Assembly (NCBI GenBank): GCA_965214755.1
Contig: OZ243979.1
Span: 3,530,229 to 3,594,228 of the forward strand
DNA: 64,000 bases
Origin: an uncultured Candidatus Binatia bacterium
Lineage (GTDB): Bacteria; Desulfobacterota; Binatia; Bin18
Reading direction: 5' to 3'
Of the stretch, positions 36,768-44,246 are shown piece by piece. The notes beneath the pieces are model-generated. The model ran no database searches. It was given only the letters and a program-made list of their open reading frames with translations, and was not told where the DNA came from. The position numbers and the translations under genes were made by a program. Positions within the stretch are counted from its first letter, which is position 1. Every line of letters starts with the position of its first letter.

Positions 36768-37919
36768 TTACTTACTCCTCCGATAAAATGGCGGCTTGAT
36801 GACCGTCGCCGGAATATGGCGATTCCGGATCGCAACTGCCAGCGGTGTCCCAGAAGAGTAAACGTGCCCAGCTTTGTTGGTTTGGAGGGCGCGTTTACTC
36901 TTTTCGTCCGCGCACGACGGGGAAACATAGCCTAACGCAATACCAACGCCCAGCATGGGAGACTGGGTGCCACTCGTCACCACCCCGACCTGACGTTGAC
37001 TCTTTTGTTCACTCCAAATCGCATACCCCTGGCGAGGAATGCCAGCGCCTTCCATCCTGATCCCCACCAGGTGTTTTTCAATCCCATCAGCCTGCTGCTT
37101 GCGCAATGCCTCGGACCCAATAAAGGGGCCGGCCTCAAAATGGACGAGACGCTGTAAACCAGCCTCCAGCGGCGTGGTATGGGCATCAATATCGTTGCCA
37201 TATAAGAGATAGCCGGCCTCCAGGCGGAGCGTATCTCGTGCTCCCAGGCCGACGGGGACCAGGTTCGCCGCACCTCCTGCCTCGCCGCACGCCTGCCAGA
37301 TATGTTCAGCCCGCTCAGCCGGGACAAACAGCTCAAAGCCATCTTCCCCGGTATAGCCGGTCCGTGCCACAAGAGTCGGCACCCCGGTTACCTCCCCCTG
37401 GGCCGCCCAATAGCGACGAATGGCCGAAAGATCGTGTGATGTCAGCCGAGACAGAACCGTCTCCGCCTGCGGACCCTGGAGGGCGACCAATGCGTACTCG
37501 TCACTCCGGTCAATCACCTCAGCCCGGCCGCGATTGTGCTCTACCATCCACTCGTAGTCGGTCGTGCGGTTGGCGGCGTTCACACACACCAGATAGCGTT
37601 CCTCGGCCAGGCGATAGATAATGACGTCGTCGACTATGCCGCCATCGGCAAAACACATGACCGAGTACTGGGCCTGCATGATCCGTATGCGGGCAATATC
37701 GGTAACGAATAATTCCTGACAGACCTCATACGCCCGAGGACCGGCTATTTCGATCTCGCCCATATGGCTCAGATCGAACAGGCCGACCTGTGTCCGCACG
37801 GCCCGGTGTTCGGCAAGAATCCCGGTATACTGCACGGGCATCTGCCAGCCACCGAATTCAATCATGCGCGCCCCCACGGCACGATGCAGCTTATACAGCG
37901 GCGTTCGGTTGGCCCCCAT
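36768..37919 (-). CDS. gcvT: glycine cleavage system T protein (aminomethyltransferase) with a 17-codon HPE insertion near the C-terminus
   Basis: RTPLY..H...GA.M.EF.GW.MP..Y N-terminus, C-terminal ..V.IRN...PA.V.K.PF. Operon context. Confidence 0.9.
   Translation of the reverse strand: MGANRTPLYKLHRAVGARMIEFGGWQMPVQYTGILAEHRAVRTQVGLFDLSHMGEIEIAGPRAYEVCQELFVTDIARIRIMQAQYSVMCFADGGIVDDVIIYRLAEERYLVCVNAANRTTDYEWMVEHNRGRAEVIDRSDEYALVALQGPQAETVLSRLTSHDLSAIRRYWAAQGEVTGVPTLVARTGYTGEDGFELFVPAERAEHIWQACGEAGGAANLVPVGLGARDTLRLEAGYLLYGNDIDAHTTPLEAGLQRLVHFEAGPFIGSEALRKQQADGIEKHLVGIRMEGAGIPRQGYAIWSEQKSQRQVGVVTSGTQSPMLGVGIALGYVSPSCADEKSKRALQTNKAGHVYSSGTPLAVAIRNRHIPATVIKPPFYRRSK
36853..36903 (+). repeat. 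HPE copy 10 (orientation A), inside gcvT, exactly 51 bp
   Basis: gaagagtaaacgtgcccagctttgttggtttggagggcgcgtttactcttt. GCCC/GGGC replaces GTCC/GGAC (compensated). Confidence 0.85.
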
Positions 37920-37920
37920 A

Positions 37921-38790
37921 TCACATCCGAACGTTGGTCTGCCTTTCCGCAGCCTGGACAGTGTTGGCTAAGAGCATGGCAACAGTCAGCGGTCCGACCC
38001 CGCCTGGGACAGGAGAAATATAGGCGGCGCGTTCCTTGGCAATAGCGAACTCCACATCCCCTTTCAGCGACCCATCAGGACTCCGCGAGATGCCAACATC
38101 AATGACACCTGCTCCGTGTTTTATCCAGTCCCCTTTGATGGCGTCAATTTGCCCGACTGCGGCCACGACAAGATCGGCCTGGCGGATGTGGTCGGCGAGG
38201 TCGGCCGTGTGCGAGTGGCAGCTCGTCACGGTCGCGTTTCGCTCCAGTAACAGGAGAGCCAACGGTTTGCCAACCAGATTGCTGCGACCAACGACGACCG
38301 CGCGTTTGCCCTCGATAGCCATCCCGCTCTGTTCAATGAGATGCATCACCCCCAGCGGGGTGCAGGGGCGGAGCCCGGCCTGGCCTAATACCAGGCGGCC
38401 CTGATTCACCGGATGGAGCCCGTCAACGTCCTTGTCCGGCCGGATAACCTCAATCAGAGACGCCGAATCCAAATGATCCGGCAGCGGAAGTTGGAGCAGA
38501 ATACCGTTGACATCGGGACGTGCGTTGAGCCGATCAATGAGCGTAGTGACTTCGTCGGCTGATGCGGTCGCCGGCAGGCGATGGCCGAACGGCGCAATAC
38601 CGACCTCACGGCAGGCTTTTTCCTTGGCGTCAACATAGGCGCACGAGGCCGGGTCCTCGCCGATCAGAATCGTTGCCAGCCCCGGTTGCCAGTCGTGGCG
38701 GCCCTGCTGTTGCCGAATCTGCGCAATGCGTTCCTTCAGGCCCCGGCGGACTGTCTGCGCGTACTGCTTTCCATCAAGTATCACACCCAT
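37921..38790 (-). CDS. folD: bifunctional methylenetetrahydrofolate dehydrogenase/cyclohydrolase
   Basis: MGVILDGKQYA... N-terminus. PGGVGP.T near the C-terminus. Confidence 0.9.
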   Translation of the reverse strand: MGVILDGKQYAQTVRRGLKERIAQIRQQQGRHDWQPGLATILIGEDPASCAYVDAKEKACREVGIAPFGHRLPATASADEVTTLIDRLNARPDVNGILLQLPLPDHLDSASLIEVIRPDKDVDGLHPVNQGRLVLGQAGLRPCTPLGVMHLIEQSGMAIEGKRAVVVGRSNLVGKPLALLLLERNATVTSCHSHTADLADHIRQADLVVAAVGQIDAIKGDWIKHGAGVIDVGISRSPDGSLKGDVEFAIAKERAAYISPVPGGVGPLTVAMLLANTVQAAERQTNVRM

Positions 38791-38795
38791 GCTAC

Positions 38796-38851
38796 AAAGA
38801 GTAAACGTGTCCAGCTTTTTTATATCTCATTGGAGGACACGTTCACTCTTT
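38796..38851 (+). repeat. HPE copy 11 (orientation A on +, B in the sense of folD)
   Basis: aaagagtaaacgtgtccagcttttttatatctcattggaggacacgttcactcttt. Ends 5 nt from the folD ATG (38790-38788). Confidence 0.9.
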
Positions 38852-38905
38852 CGTCAGGATACGCGAAGCACTTCTCCAATGTAAAGCAAAGACGGGAGCG
38901 CTCGT

Positions 38906-40033
38906 ATGGTGATTGGTATTCCCCAGGAAATCAAAGCCGAGGAGACCCGCGTGGCCATCACGCCCAGCGGCGTCGCCGCGTTGGTGGCACACGGTCACCG
39001 GGTTGTGGCTGAAACCCAGGCCGGTGCTGGAAGCAGTATTCCGGATGAGCGGTACGCCGCGGCCGGGGCGGATATTCAGGGCTCCGCCCAAGAGGTCTGG
39101 GCGCAGGCCGATCTTATCCTCAAGGTCAAAGAACCCCTGGCCGCCGAGTACCCCTTGCTGCGGCCCGGCCTCATCCTGTTTACCTACCTCCATCTCGCCG
39201 CAGCAGAACAGCTCACCCGAGTGCTGCTGGACCGGCAGGTAACGGCGCTCGGCTATGAAACCATTCAGTTAGACGATGGCTCCCTGCCACTGCTCGCGCC
39301 CATGAGCGAGGTGGCCGGGCGTTTGGCTCTCCAAGTGGGAGCCTGGAGTCTCCAGGCCCATAATGGGGGCCGGGGCGTATTGCTGAGCGGTGCATCCGGG
39401 GTGAAACCCGGCCATGTAGTCATTCTCGGTGCCGGCATTGCCGGCGCAAATGCCTGTCAGGTGGCTGTTGGCGTGGGTGCCTATGTGAGCATTCTTGACG
39501 TCAATCCGGCGCGCTTGCGCTACGTTCACGACATTCTTGGGGGCCATGTCACCACCGTCATGTCCAACCGGGCCAACATCGAAGAGGAGGTAACGGCTGC
39601 CGACTTGGTCATCAGTTCGGTCTTGGTGCCGGGCGCCCGCGCGCCTACGCTTTTGACGCGGGACCTGTTCCGGAAGATGCGTGCAGGTGCGGCTTTTGTC
39701 GATATCTCCATCGACCAGGGTGGCAGTGCCGAAACCTCGTGTCCGACCACCCACCACGATCCGATTTACCGCGAGGAAGAGGTTGTGCATTACTGCGTCA
39801 CTAATATGCCGGCCATTGTGCCCCACACCTCGACCTATGCCCTGACCAGTGTCACCCTGTCCTACGCCCTTGAGCTGGCCGACAAGGGGGTAACCGCCGC
39901 CCTCCGCGAGAACCCCGCCCTGCAACGCGGACTGAACACCATGAACGGCGAGGTTGTCCACCCCGGCGTAGCCGCAGCCTTCAATCTGCCCCGCGCCGAC
40001 ACAACCGAGAAACTGTTCGCCAATACCGGATAA
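38906..40033 (+). CDS. ald: alanine dehydrogenase
   Basis: MVIGIPQEIKAEETRVAITP..., GAGIAG NAD motif. Typical Ald length (375 aa). Confidence 0.9.
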   Translation: MVIGIPQEIKAEETRVAITPSGVAALVAHGHRVVAETQAGAGSSIPDERYAAAGADIQGSAQEVWAQADLILKVKEPLAAEYPLLRPGLILFTYLHLAAAEQLTRVLLDRQVTALGYETIQLDDGSLPLLAPMSEVAGRLALQVGAWSLQAHNGGRGVLLSGASGVKPGHVVILGAGIAGANACQVAVGVGAYVSILDVNPARLRYVHDILGGHVTTVMSNRANIEEEVTAADLVISSVLVPGARAPTLLTRDLFRKMRAGAAFVDISIDQGGSAETSCPTTHHDPIYREEEVVHYCVTNMPAIVPHTSTYALTSVTLSYALELADKGVTAALRENPALQRGLNTMNGEVVHPGVAAAFNLPRADTTEKLFANTG

Positions 40034-40198
40034 GCGTGGTTTTCGGTGTGGACCCGTGCTTCGACTTCGCCCCTCCGGGGCTACGCTCAGCACGAACGGT
40101 GGCCCGGGTGAAGGGCGGGCGCCTCGGCGGCTGGGCCACCACAGGGGGTTGCCTCTTTTGCCGCCTGTATCCGATATACAAAAGCTTATCTCGCGCAT

Positions 40199-40228
40199 CT
40201 TCATTACGCCCTGCATTGCGTAATGAAG
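40199..40228. repeat. perfect 11-bp-stem hairpin in the ald / R-M island spacer
   Basis: CTTCATTACGC-cctgcatt-GCGTAATGAAG. No adjacent U-run, so not a canonical terminator. Confidence 0.6.
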
Positions 40229-40293
40229 AAACGCATCTAAGCCTTTTACGCCCGAGCCACGAATCAACGCCGTAAAAAATAAAGTCCATCCGG

Positions 40294-43101
40294 CTAACCT
40301 AGCCTGCGGGATGGGGCGCTACGCCTCCGGCGTTTCGGCTTCGGCTTCACTGTCAACGGAGCCATCATCTTCTCATACAACCCAAACAGATGTTCCACCC
40401 GCTCGCGTTCGGAGGCAAAGCCGCCGGACCGGTACAGCCGGTCTACGGCCCGGTCAAGGGTGGTGTGGGCTTTGCGCAGGTTGGGCGGCATCAGGTCAGG
40501 GTCGTACAGGTCGGCCAGGGTTGCGCCCGGATGGACCGCACGGGCGTCGAGTACGGCTTGAGCCAATGGCTCCAACTTTGACAGGTCTGCGCCTTCGGGC
40601 GGGATGGGGAAGGTATTGTAGACCAAGCCGATGGAATAACGGTAATCGCTTTTCAGCCGCCCGCCGACATGACGCAGCCAAGCCATGTGCATGGCAGAGG
40701 TCAGTAACGCGAACAGCGGCTTCGTGGCGTTTTCAATGATACGGACCAGATTGCTCGGAATCACTGGCGGTTCCAACCACCCTATCGGTACATATTCCCG
40801 CCGCTCTGAACTGACTTCCGGGATAACCAGAAACGGCGCGGTCGGGATGACTTCGCCACCATACCGTGCCGGATAATCGGCAATCACCAAGGTACTTTTG
40901 CGCCTGCTCTGAGCGCGAAACGCCTTCACCGCCCGCATTCGCTTGACGACCTTCGGCAGCGCTTTGAGGTCCGCCGGGTCCGTGGCCTGAAGGGCCAGAA
41001 TCCAACGTTCGCCACCCCGGATGTATTCCCGCGCCCCAACGTAAGGGCGCAGGAACGGGGCCGCGTCCGGTTCCTCGGCAAGGAAGGTCGCGCGTTCGTC
41101 TCTGGTAAAAATGTAGTGGCCGCCATCTATGGGCATGGATCCGATAGTCAGCTTGGGGAAGCCATTGATCGGCTGCCTCTCCTCGCGTACCGTTTGGCGC
41201 GGGTCGGTCAAGCAGCCGGCATCGAACAGATAAGGCGACAGCACCGTGTGGTGCGTCTCCTCTGGGTCGCCATTGAGGGTGGGGTAGGAAAACAATCGCT
41301 TCTCGGATCGTGTATTTTCTCGTCGGTCCAACCCAAGAACGACGACATGCACATGCGCTTTGCCGCGTGCATCCGAGCCCCAGGCGAAGGTACGGTGCGC
41401 AAAGGCGATTTCCAGCTTGTATTCGTCGAAGAGGCGCGGCCATAGCAGGGCCACCTGTTCTCCTTGCGTGATTGAATTTGTGGACACAAACCCGATGCGC
41501 GTCTTCCCGGTCACGTATGCCCCGGCCTTCAGGAACCATGCGCCCACATAGTCAAGTGGAGATGCCGTCCTGCCATGAGGATTGGTCAGCCCCCGCATCT
41601 GCTCTCGCTGTTGCTTCGATTGATAGCTCTGTCCGCCGAACGGCGGATTGCCGAACACATACGAGCATTCTTCCGGCGGCAGCAGGCGTGCCCAGTCGGT
41701 TTCCAGAGCGTCGGCGTGCAGAATGTGGGGCGATTTCGTCAGCGGGATACGCACGAAGGTCTGGCCGAACTCCAGGCTGAGCCGGTTGTTCATGATGTGG
41801 TCCATCATCCACAGCGCAGTCTCGGCGATGTGGGTCGGGAACTCTCCGATTTCAATGCCGTAGCACTGGTCCACGTTGACGACCGACAGGGCCGCAGCGT
41901 CCAACTCGCCGGTCCCAACGTCACGATAGGCGTGCAATTCCTTTAAGACTGCGATCTCCAACTCGCGCAACTCGCGGTAGGCAATGATAAGAAAATTGCC
42001 GCAGCCGCAGGCGGGGTCGAGAAAACGGAGCGTCCCCAAACGCTGGTGAAAGCGATGCAGTTCCCGCCGTCGATGGGTGTCCTTGCGGGCCTTCAGCCGT
42101 GCGAACTCGGCCCGCAGGTCGTCCAGAAACAGTGGCTCGATTACCTTCAGGATGTTCTTCTCGGTGGTGTAGTGCGCACCCTGAGAGCGGCGCTGCGCGG
42201 GGTGCATGACCGATTGGAACAGCGCCCCGAAAATTGCCGGAGAGATAGCGGTCCAGTCGAACCGACAGGCGTCGAGCAATGCCCGCCGCATAGGAGCGTC
42301 CCAGTCGGGAATGCGCAGCGGTCCACGAAAAAGGTCGCCGTTCACGTAGGGAAAGCGAGCCAAGGCTTCGTCCAGAGCCTTTTGGCGTTTGTCCTCTGGC
42401 GTGTCGAGGACTTGAAAGAGCCGCGAGAGCCATAAGCCCAGGTCCGAACCGTCCTCGCGGCTGCGGGTTTCCAGGAAATCAAGAAAGATATCGCGCGGCT
42501 CGAAGATGCCGGTATCGTCGGCAAACAGGCAGAACACGGTACGCACGAGAAATCGTTCGAGGTCGTGGCCGGTGTAGCCGGACTGTTGGAGCGCGTCGTG
42601 CAGGTTGCCCATGAGTTCGGAGGCCTGAATGTTGACCGGGTCCTGATCCTTGAAGGTGCGCTTTTGCACGCCCAGGATAAAGCCGAACTTCTCGACATTG
42701 TGGGACAGGTCGGCCAAGGCGAAAACCGCGCGTTCCCGCTCGTCCAGGTCGTGCAATGCAAAGGTCTGAAAATCGCTGACCAGGATGTAGCGCGGCCGCT
42801 CTTGCTCGGGCAGGGCGTCGAAGTAGTCGCCGGCCTGTCCGTACGCCTGGGTCAGGTCGCGGCCAGCACTCTTTTGCTCAACCAGCAGGACACCCGGCCA
42901 GAACAGGTCGATGAAGCCCGAACGATTGTCCAGCTTCTTAATATGCTCTTCGTAGCGCGCCACCGAACGGCGCTGTACGCCGAAGACCTCGAAGAAGTCA
43001 TTATAGAAGCTCTGCGTCTCGCCTTTCTCATAGGTCGCACCGGCCCACTTCCGGGCAAACCCCGCAGCTCGGGCGCGTACTTCGTTCCAGGAGAGGCGCA
43101 T
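40294..43101 (-). CDS. MmeI-family type IIL (IIG) restriction-modification enzyme (fused endonuclease-methyltransferase-TRD)
   Basis: 935 aa. N-terminus MRLSWNEVRARAAGFARKWAGATYEKGETQSFYNDFFEVFGV...IDLFWPGVLLVEQKS is the characteristic MmeI-type nuclease head (from memory). NPPF motif (FGNPPFGG). Confidence 0.85.
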   Translation of the reverse strand: MRLSWNEVRARAAGFARKWAGATYEKGETQSFYNDFFEVFGVQRRSVARYEEHIKKLDNRSGFIDLFWPGVLLVEQKSAGRDLTQAYGQAGDYFDALPEQERPRYILVSDFQTFALHDLDERERAVFALADLSHNVEKFGFILGVQKRTFKDQDPVNIQASELMGNLHDALQQSGYTGHDLERFLVRTVFCLFADDTGIFEPRDIFLDFLETRSREDGSDLGLWLSRLFQVLDTPEDKRQKALDEALARFPYVNGDLFRGPLRIPDWDAPMRRALLDACRFDWTAISPAIFGALFQSVMHPAQRRSQGAHYTTEKNILKVIEPLFLDDLRAEFARLKARKDTHRRRELHRFHQRLGTLRFLDPACGCGNFLIIAYRELRELEIAVLKELHAYRDVGTGELDAAALSVVNVDQCYGIEIGEFPTHIAETALWMMDHIMNNRLSLEFGQTFVRIPLTKSPHILHADALETDWARLLPPEECSYVFGNPPFGGQSYQSKQQREQMRGLTNPHGRTASPLDYVGAWFLKAGAYVTGKTRIGFVSTNSITQGEQVALLWPRLFDEYKLEIAFAHRTFAWGSDARGKAHVHVVVLGLDRRENTRSEKRLFSYPTLNGDPEETHHTVLSPYLFDAGCLTDPRQTVREERQPINGFPKLTIGSMPIDGGHYIFTRDERATFLAEEPDAAPFLRPYVGAREYIRGGERWILALQATDPADLKALPKVVKRMRAVKAFRAQSRRKSTLVIADYPARYGGEVIPTAPFLVIPEVSSERREYVPIGWLEPPVIPSNLVRIIENATKPLFALLTSAMHMAWLRHVGGRLKSDYRYSIGLVYNTFPIPPEGADLSKLEPLAQAVLDARAVHPGATLADLYDPDLMPPNLRKAHTTLDRAVDRLYRSGGFASERERVEHLFGLYEKMMAPLTVKPKPKRRRRSAPSRRLG

Positions 43102-43154
43102 CAGGTTATTACGTCCCTGGCTGCCCGTAATGTTGTATTCGCTTCAGGTATTAC

Positions 43155-43223
43155 CCCTGTTGGCACCGACCGGAACCGTTCGCGTCGGGCATCCCTCTTC
43201 CGTCTTCGTAACAAGAGGAGACG
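43155..43223. repeat. island direct repeat R1 (69 nt)
   Basis: ccctgttggcaccgaccggaaccgttcgcgtcgggcatccctcttccgtcttcgtaacaagaggagacg. About 60 of 69 positions identical to R2 by eye. Confidence 0.85.
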
Positions 43224-43233
43224 GGGGTGCTGC

Positions 43234-43728
43234 TCACTCCGCTTCGTCTGGAGGAGATTGTGACGCCAGAGGAGGAGAAACGAGTTGTGAGGAAGTACTA
43301 TTTTTCCGTGCTCCATAGACAAAGACCCCGGCCAGGACGGCCAGACCGCCGGTCCCGATAATGCCCCCGGCTAAAGGGGACCCAAGGACGGACGTTATCA
43401 CCCCGGCAACAAGACCTGCCGCCGCAAGGATAAAACCGAAGGTCTGTCCTCGTCTTTCGAGTGTTTGATATTCCGAGACGATCTTTATGTTGGCGGCCAT
43501 GCTCTCCTTTTCAACAACATGGTCATGAGCCTGTTGCTTTTCAGCCATCGAGAAGAACCGCTCGGGAAAGCTCGGATCAATCTCGGCGTATTCCTTCATG
43601 TGGGCAGGAGAAGGGACAGGGCCAAAGAACCGAGAAGCAAGGATTGACTCTTCGACAATGATTTCTTCAAGGTCTTCTTCAGCAGTGTGGGCCGGAGGGG
43701 TGATTGGGGGCTTTTGCTCTGAAGACAA
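43234..43728 (-). CDS. DUF2335-like membrane protein
   Basis: ...PSPAHMKEYAEIDPSFPERFFSMAEKQQAHDH... followed by two hydrophobic helices. Matches my memory of DUF2335. Confidence 0.65.
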   Translation of the reverse strand: MSSEQKPPITPPAHTAEEDLEEIIVEESILASRFFGPVPSPAHMKEYAEIDPSFPERFFSMAEKQQAHDHVVEKESMAANIKIVSEYQTLERRGQTFGFILAAAGLVAGVITSVLGSPLAGGIIGTGGLAVLAGVFVYGARKNSTSSQLVSPPLASQSPPDEAE

Positions 43729-43733
43729 CGAGC

Positions 43734-44063
43734 CTACTCCTTCGCTGCCTGAAATGCTCTGTTCCAGGTGTGGACGACTCTCCGGTTGGTTTCAGCAAAG
43801 GAACCAATCGCGCTACGTCGAAGCAGGGGAGGTGGGCTCGGCATCAACGCGACAATGGAACCGGCCCCTTTCAGGATAGACTTGAAACGCTGCTTTCTGT
43901 CGTGCTGAAAATTTATGGACATGAGATGAGTAGGGCGAGGCTTGACGACAACCTTGATTCGTCTTTTCCCCTCCTTCGTAGCAAGGGTGACAATATACGC
44001 GCGAGGAGACGGCTGGCCCGCTTTGCCATTGGGAGGGTGGTCAGCTTTCTTCAATGTTGTCAT
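43734..44063 (-). CDS. hypothetical basic protein (109 aa)
   Basis: ATG 44063 preceded by a purine-rich GAGAGAGAGAAG. Stop is 5 nt before the DUF2335 gene start. No family recognised. Confidence 0.45.
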   Translation of the reverse strand: MTTLKKADHPPNGKAGQPSPRAYIVTLATKEGKRRIKVVVKPRPTHLMSINFQHDRKQRFKSILKGAGSIVALMPSPPPLLRRSAIGSFAETNRRVVHTWNRAFQAAKE

Positions 44064-44143
44064 GCGTACTTCTCTCTCTCGCCGCCGCGCCTGTGCACCC
44101 AGTATGAAGATAACACCCTATTCTACTTCATTCCAGTAATCGT

Positions 44144-44212
44144 CCCTGTTGGCACCGACTGGAACCGTTCGTGTAAGGCATCTCTCTTCCATCTCCGTAA
44201 AAAGAGGAAACG
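44144..44212. repeat. island direct repeat R2 (69 nt)
   Basis: ccctgttggcaccgactggaaccgttcgtgtaaggcatctctcttccatctccgtaaaaagaggaaacg. Confidence 0.85.
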
Positions 44213-44246
44213 AGGCCGACGGAATAGCGGTATTCGCTTTTCAGTA

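Noticed and set aside
36853-36903. HPE copies in CDSs as self-splicing introns or inteins
   Set aside because: At 51-56 nt they are far too small for group I/II introns or inteins, and they lack their conserved motifs. They are best treated as translated insertions unless RNA data show otherwise.
355-38851. Could the repeated ~55-bp units be a CRISPR array?
   Set aside because: The copies are kilobases apart, occur in both orientations, are themselves long palindromes with variable loops, and have no regular repeat-spacer periodicity. No cas genes are present.
38791-38905. Glycine riboswitch upstream of the gcv operon
   Set aside because: The conserved riboswitch cores were not recognisable by eye, and the spacer is mostly occupied by the HPE hairpin. 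An Infernal scan is needed for certainty.
43155-44212. R1/R2 as integron attC sites or sigma54 promoters (TTGGCACC)
   Set aside because: I could not place the attC core sites (RYYYAAC / GTTRRRY) and there is no intI. The TGGCAC is not followed at the right spacing by a TTGC -12 element.
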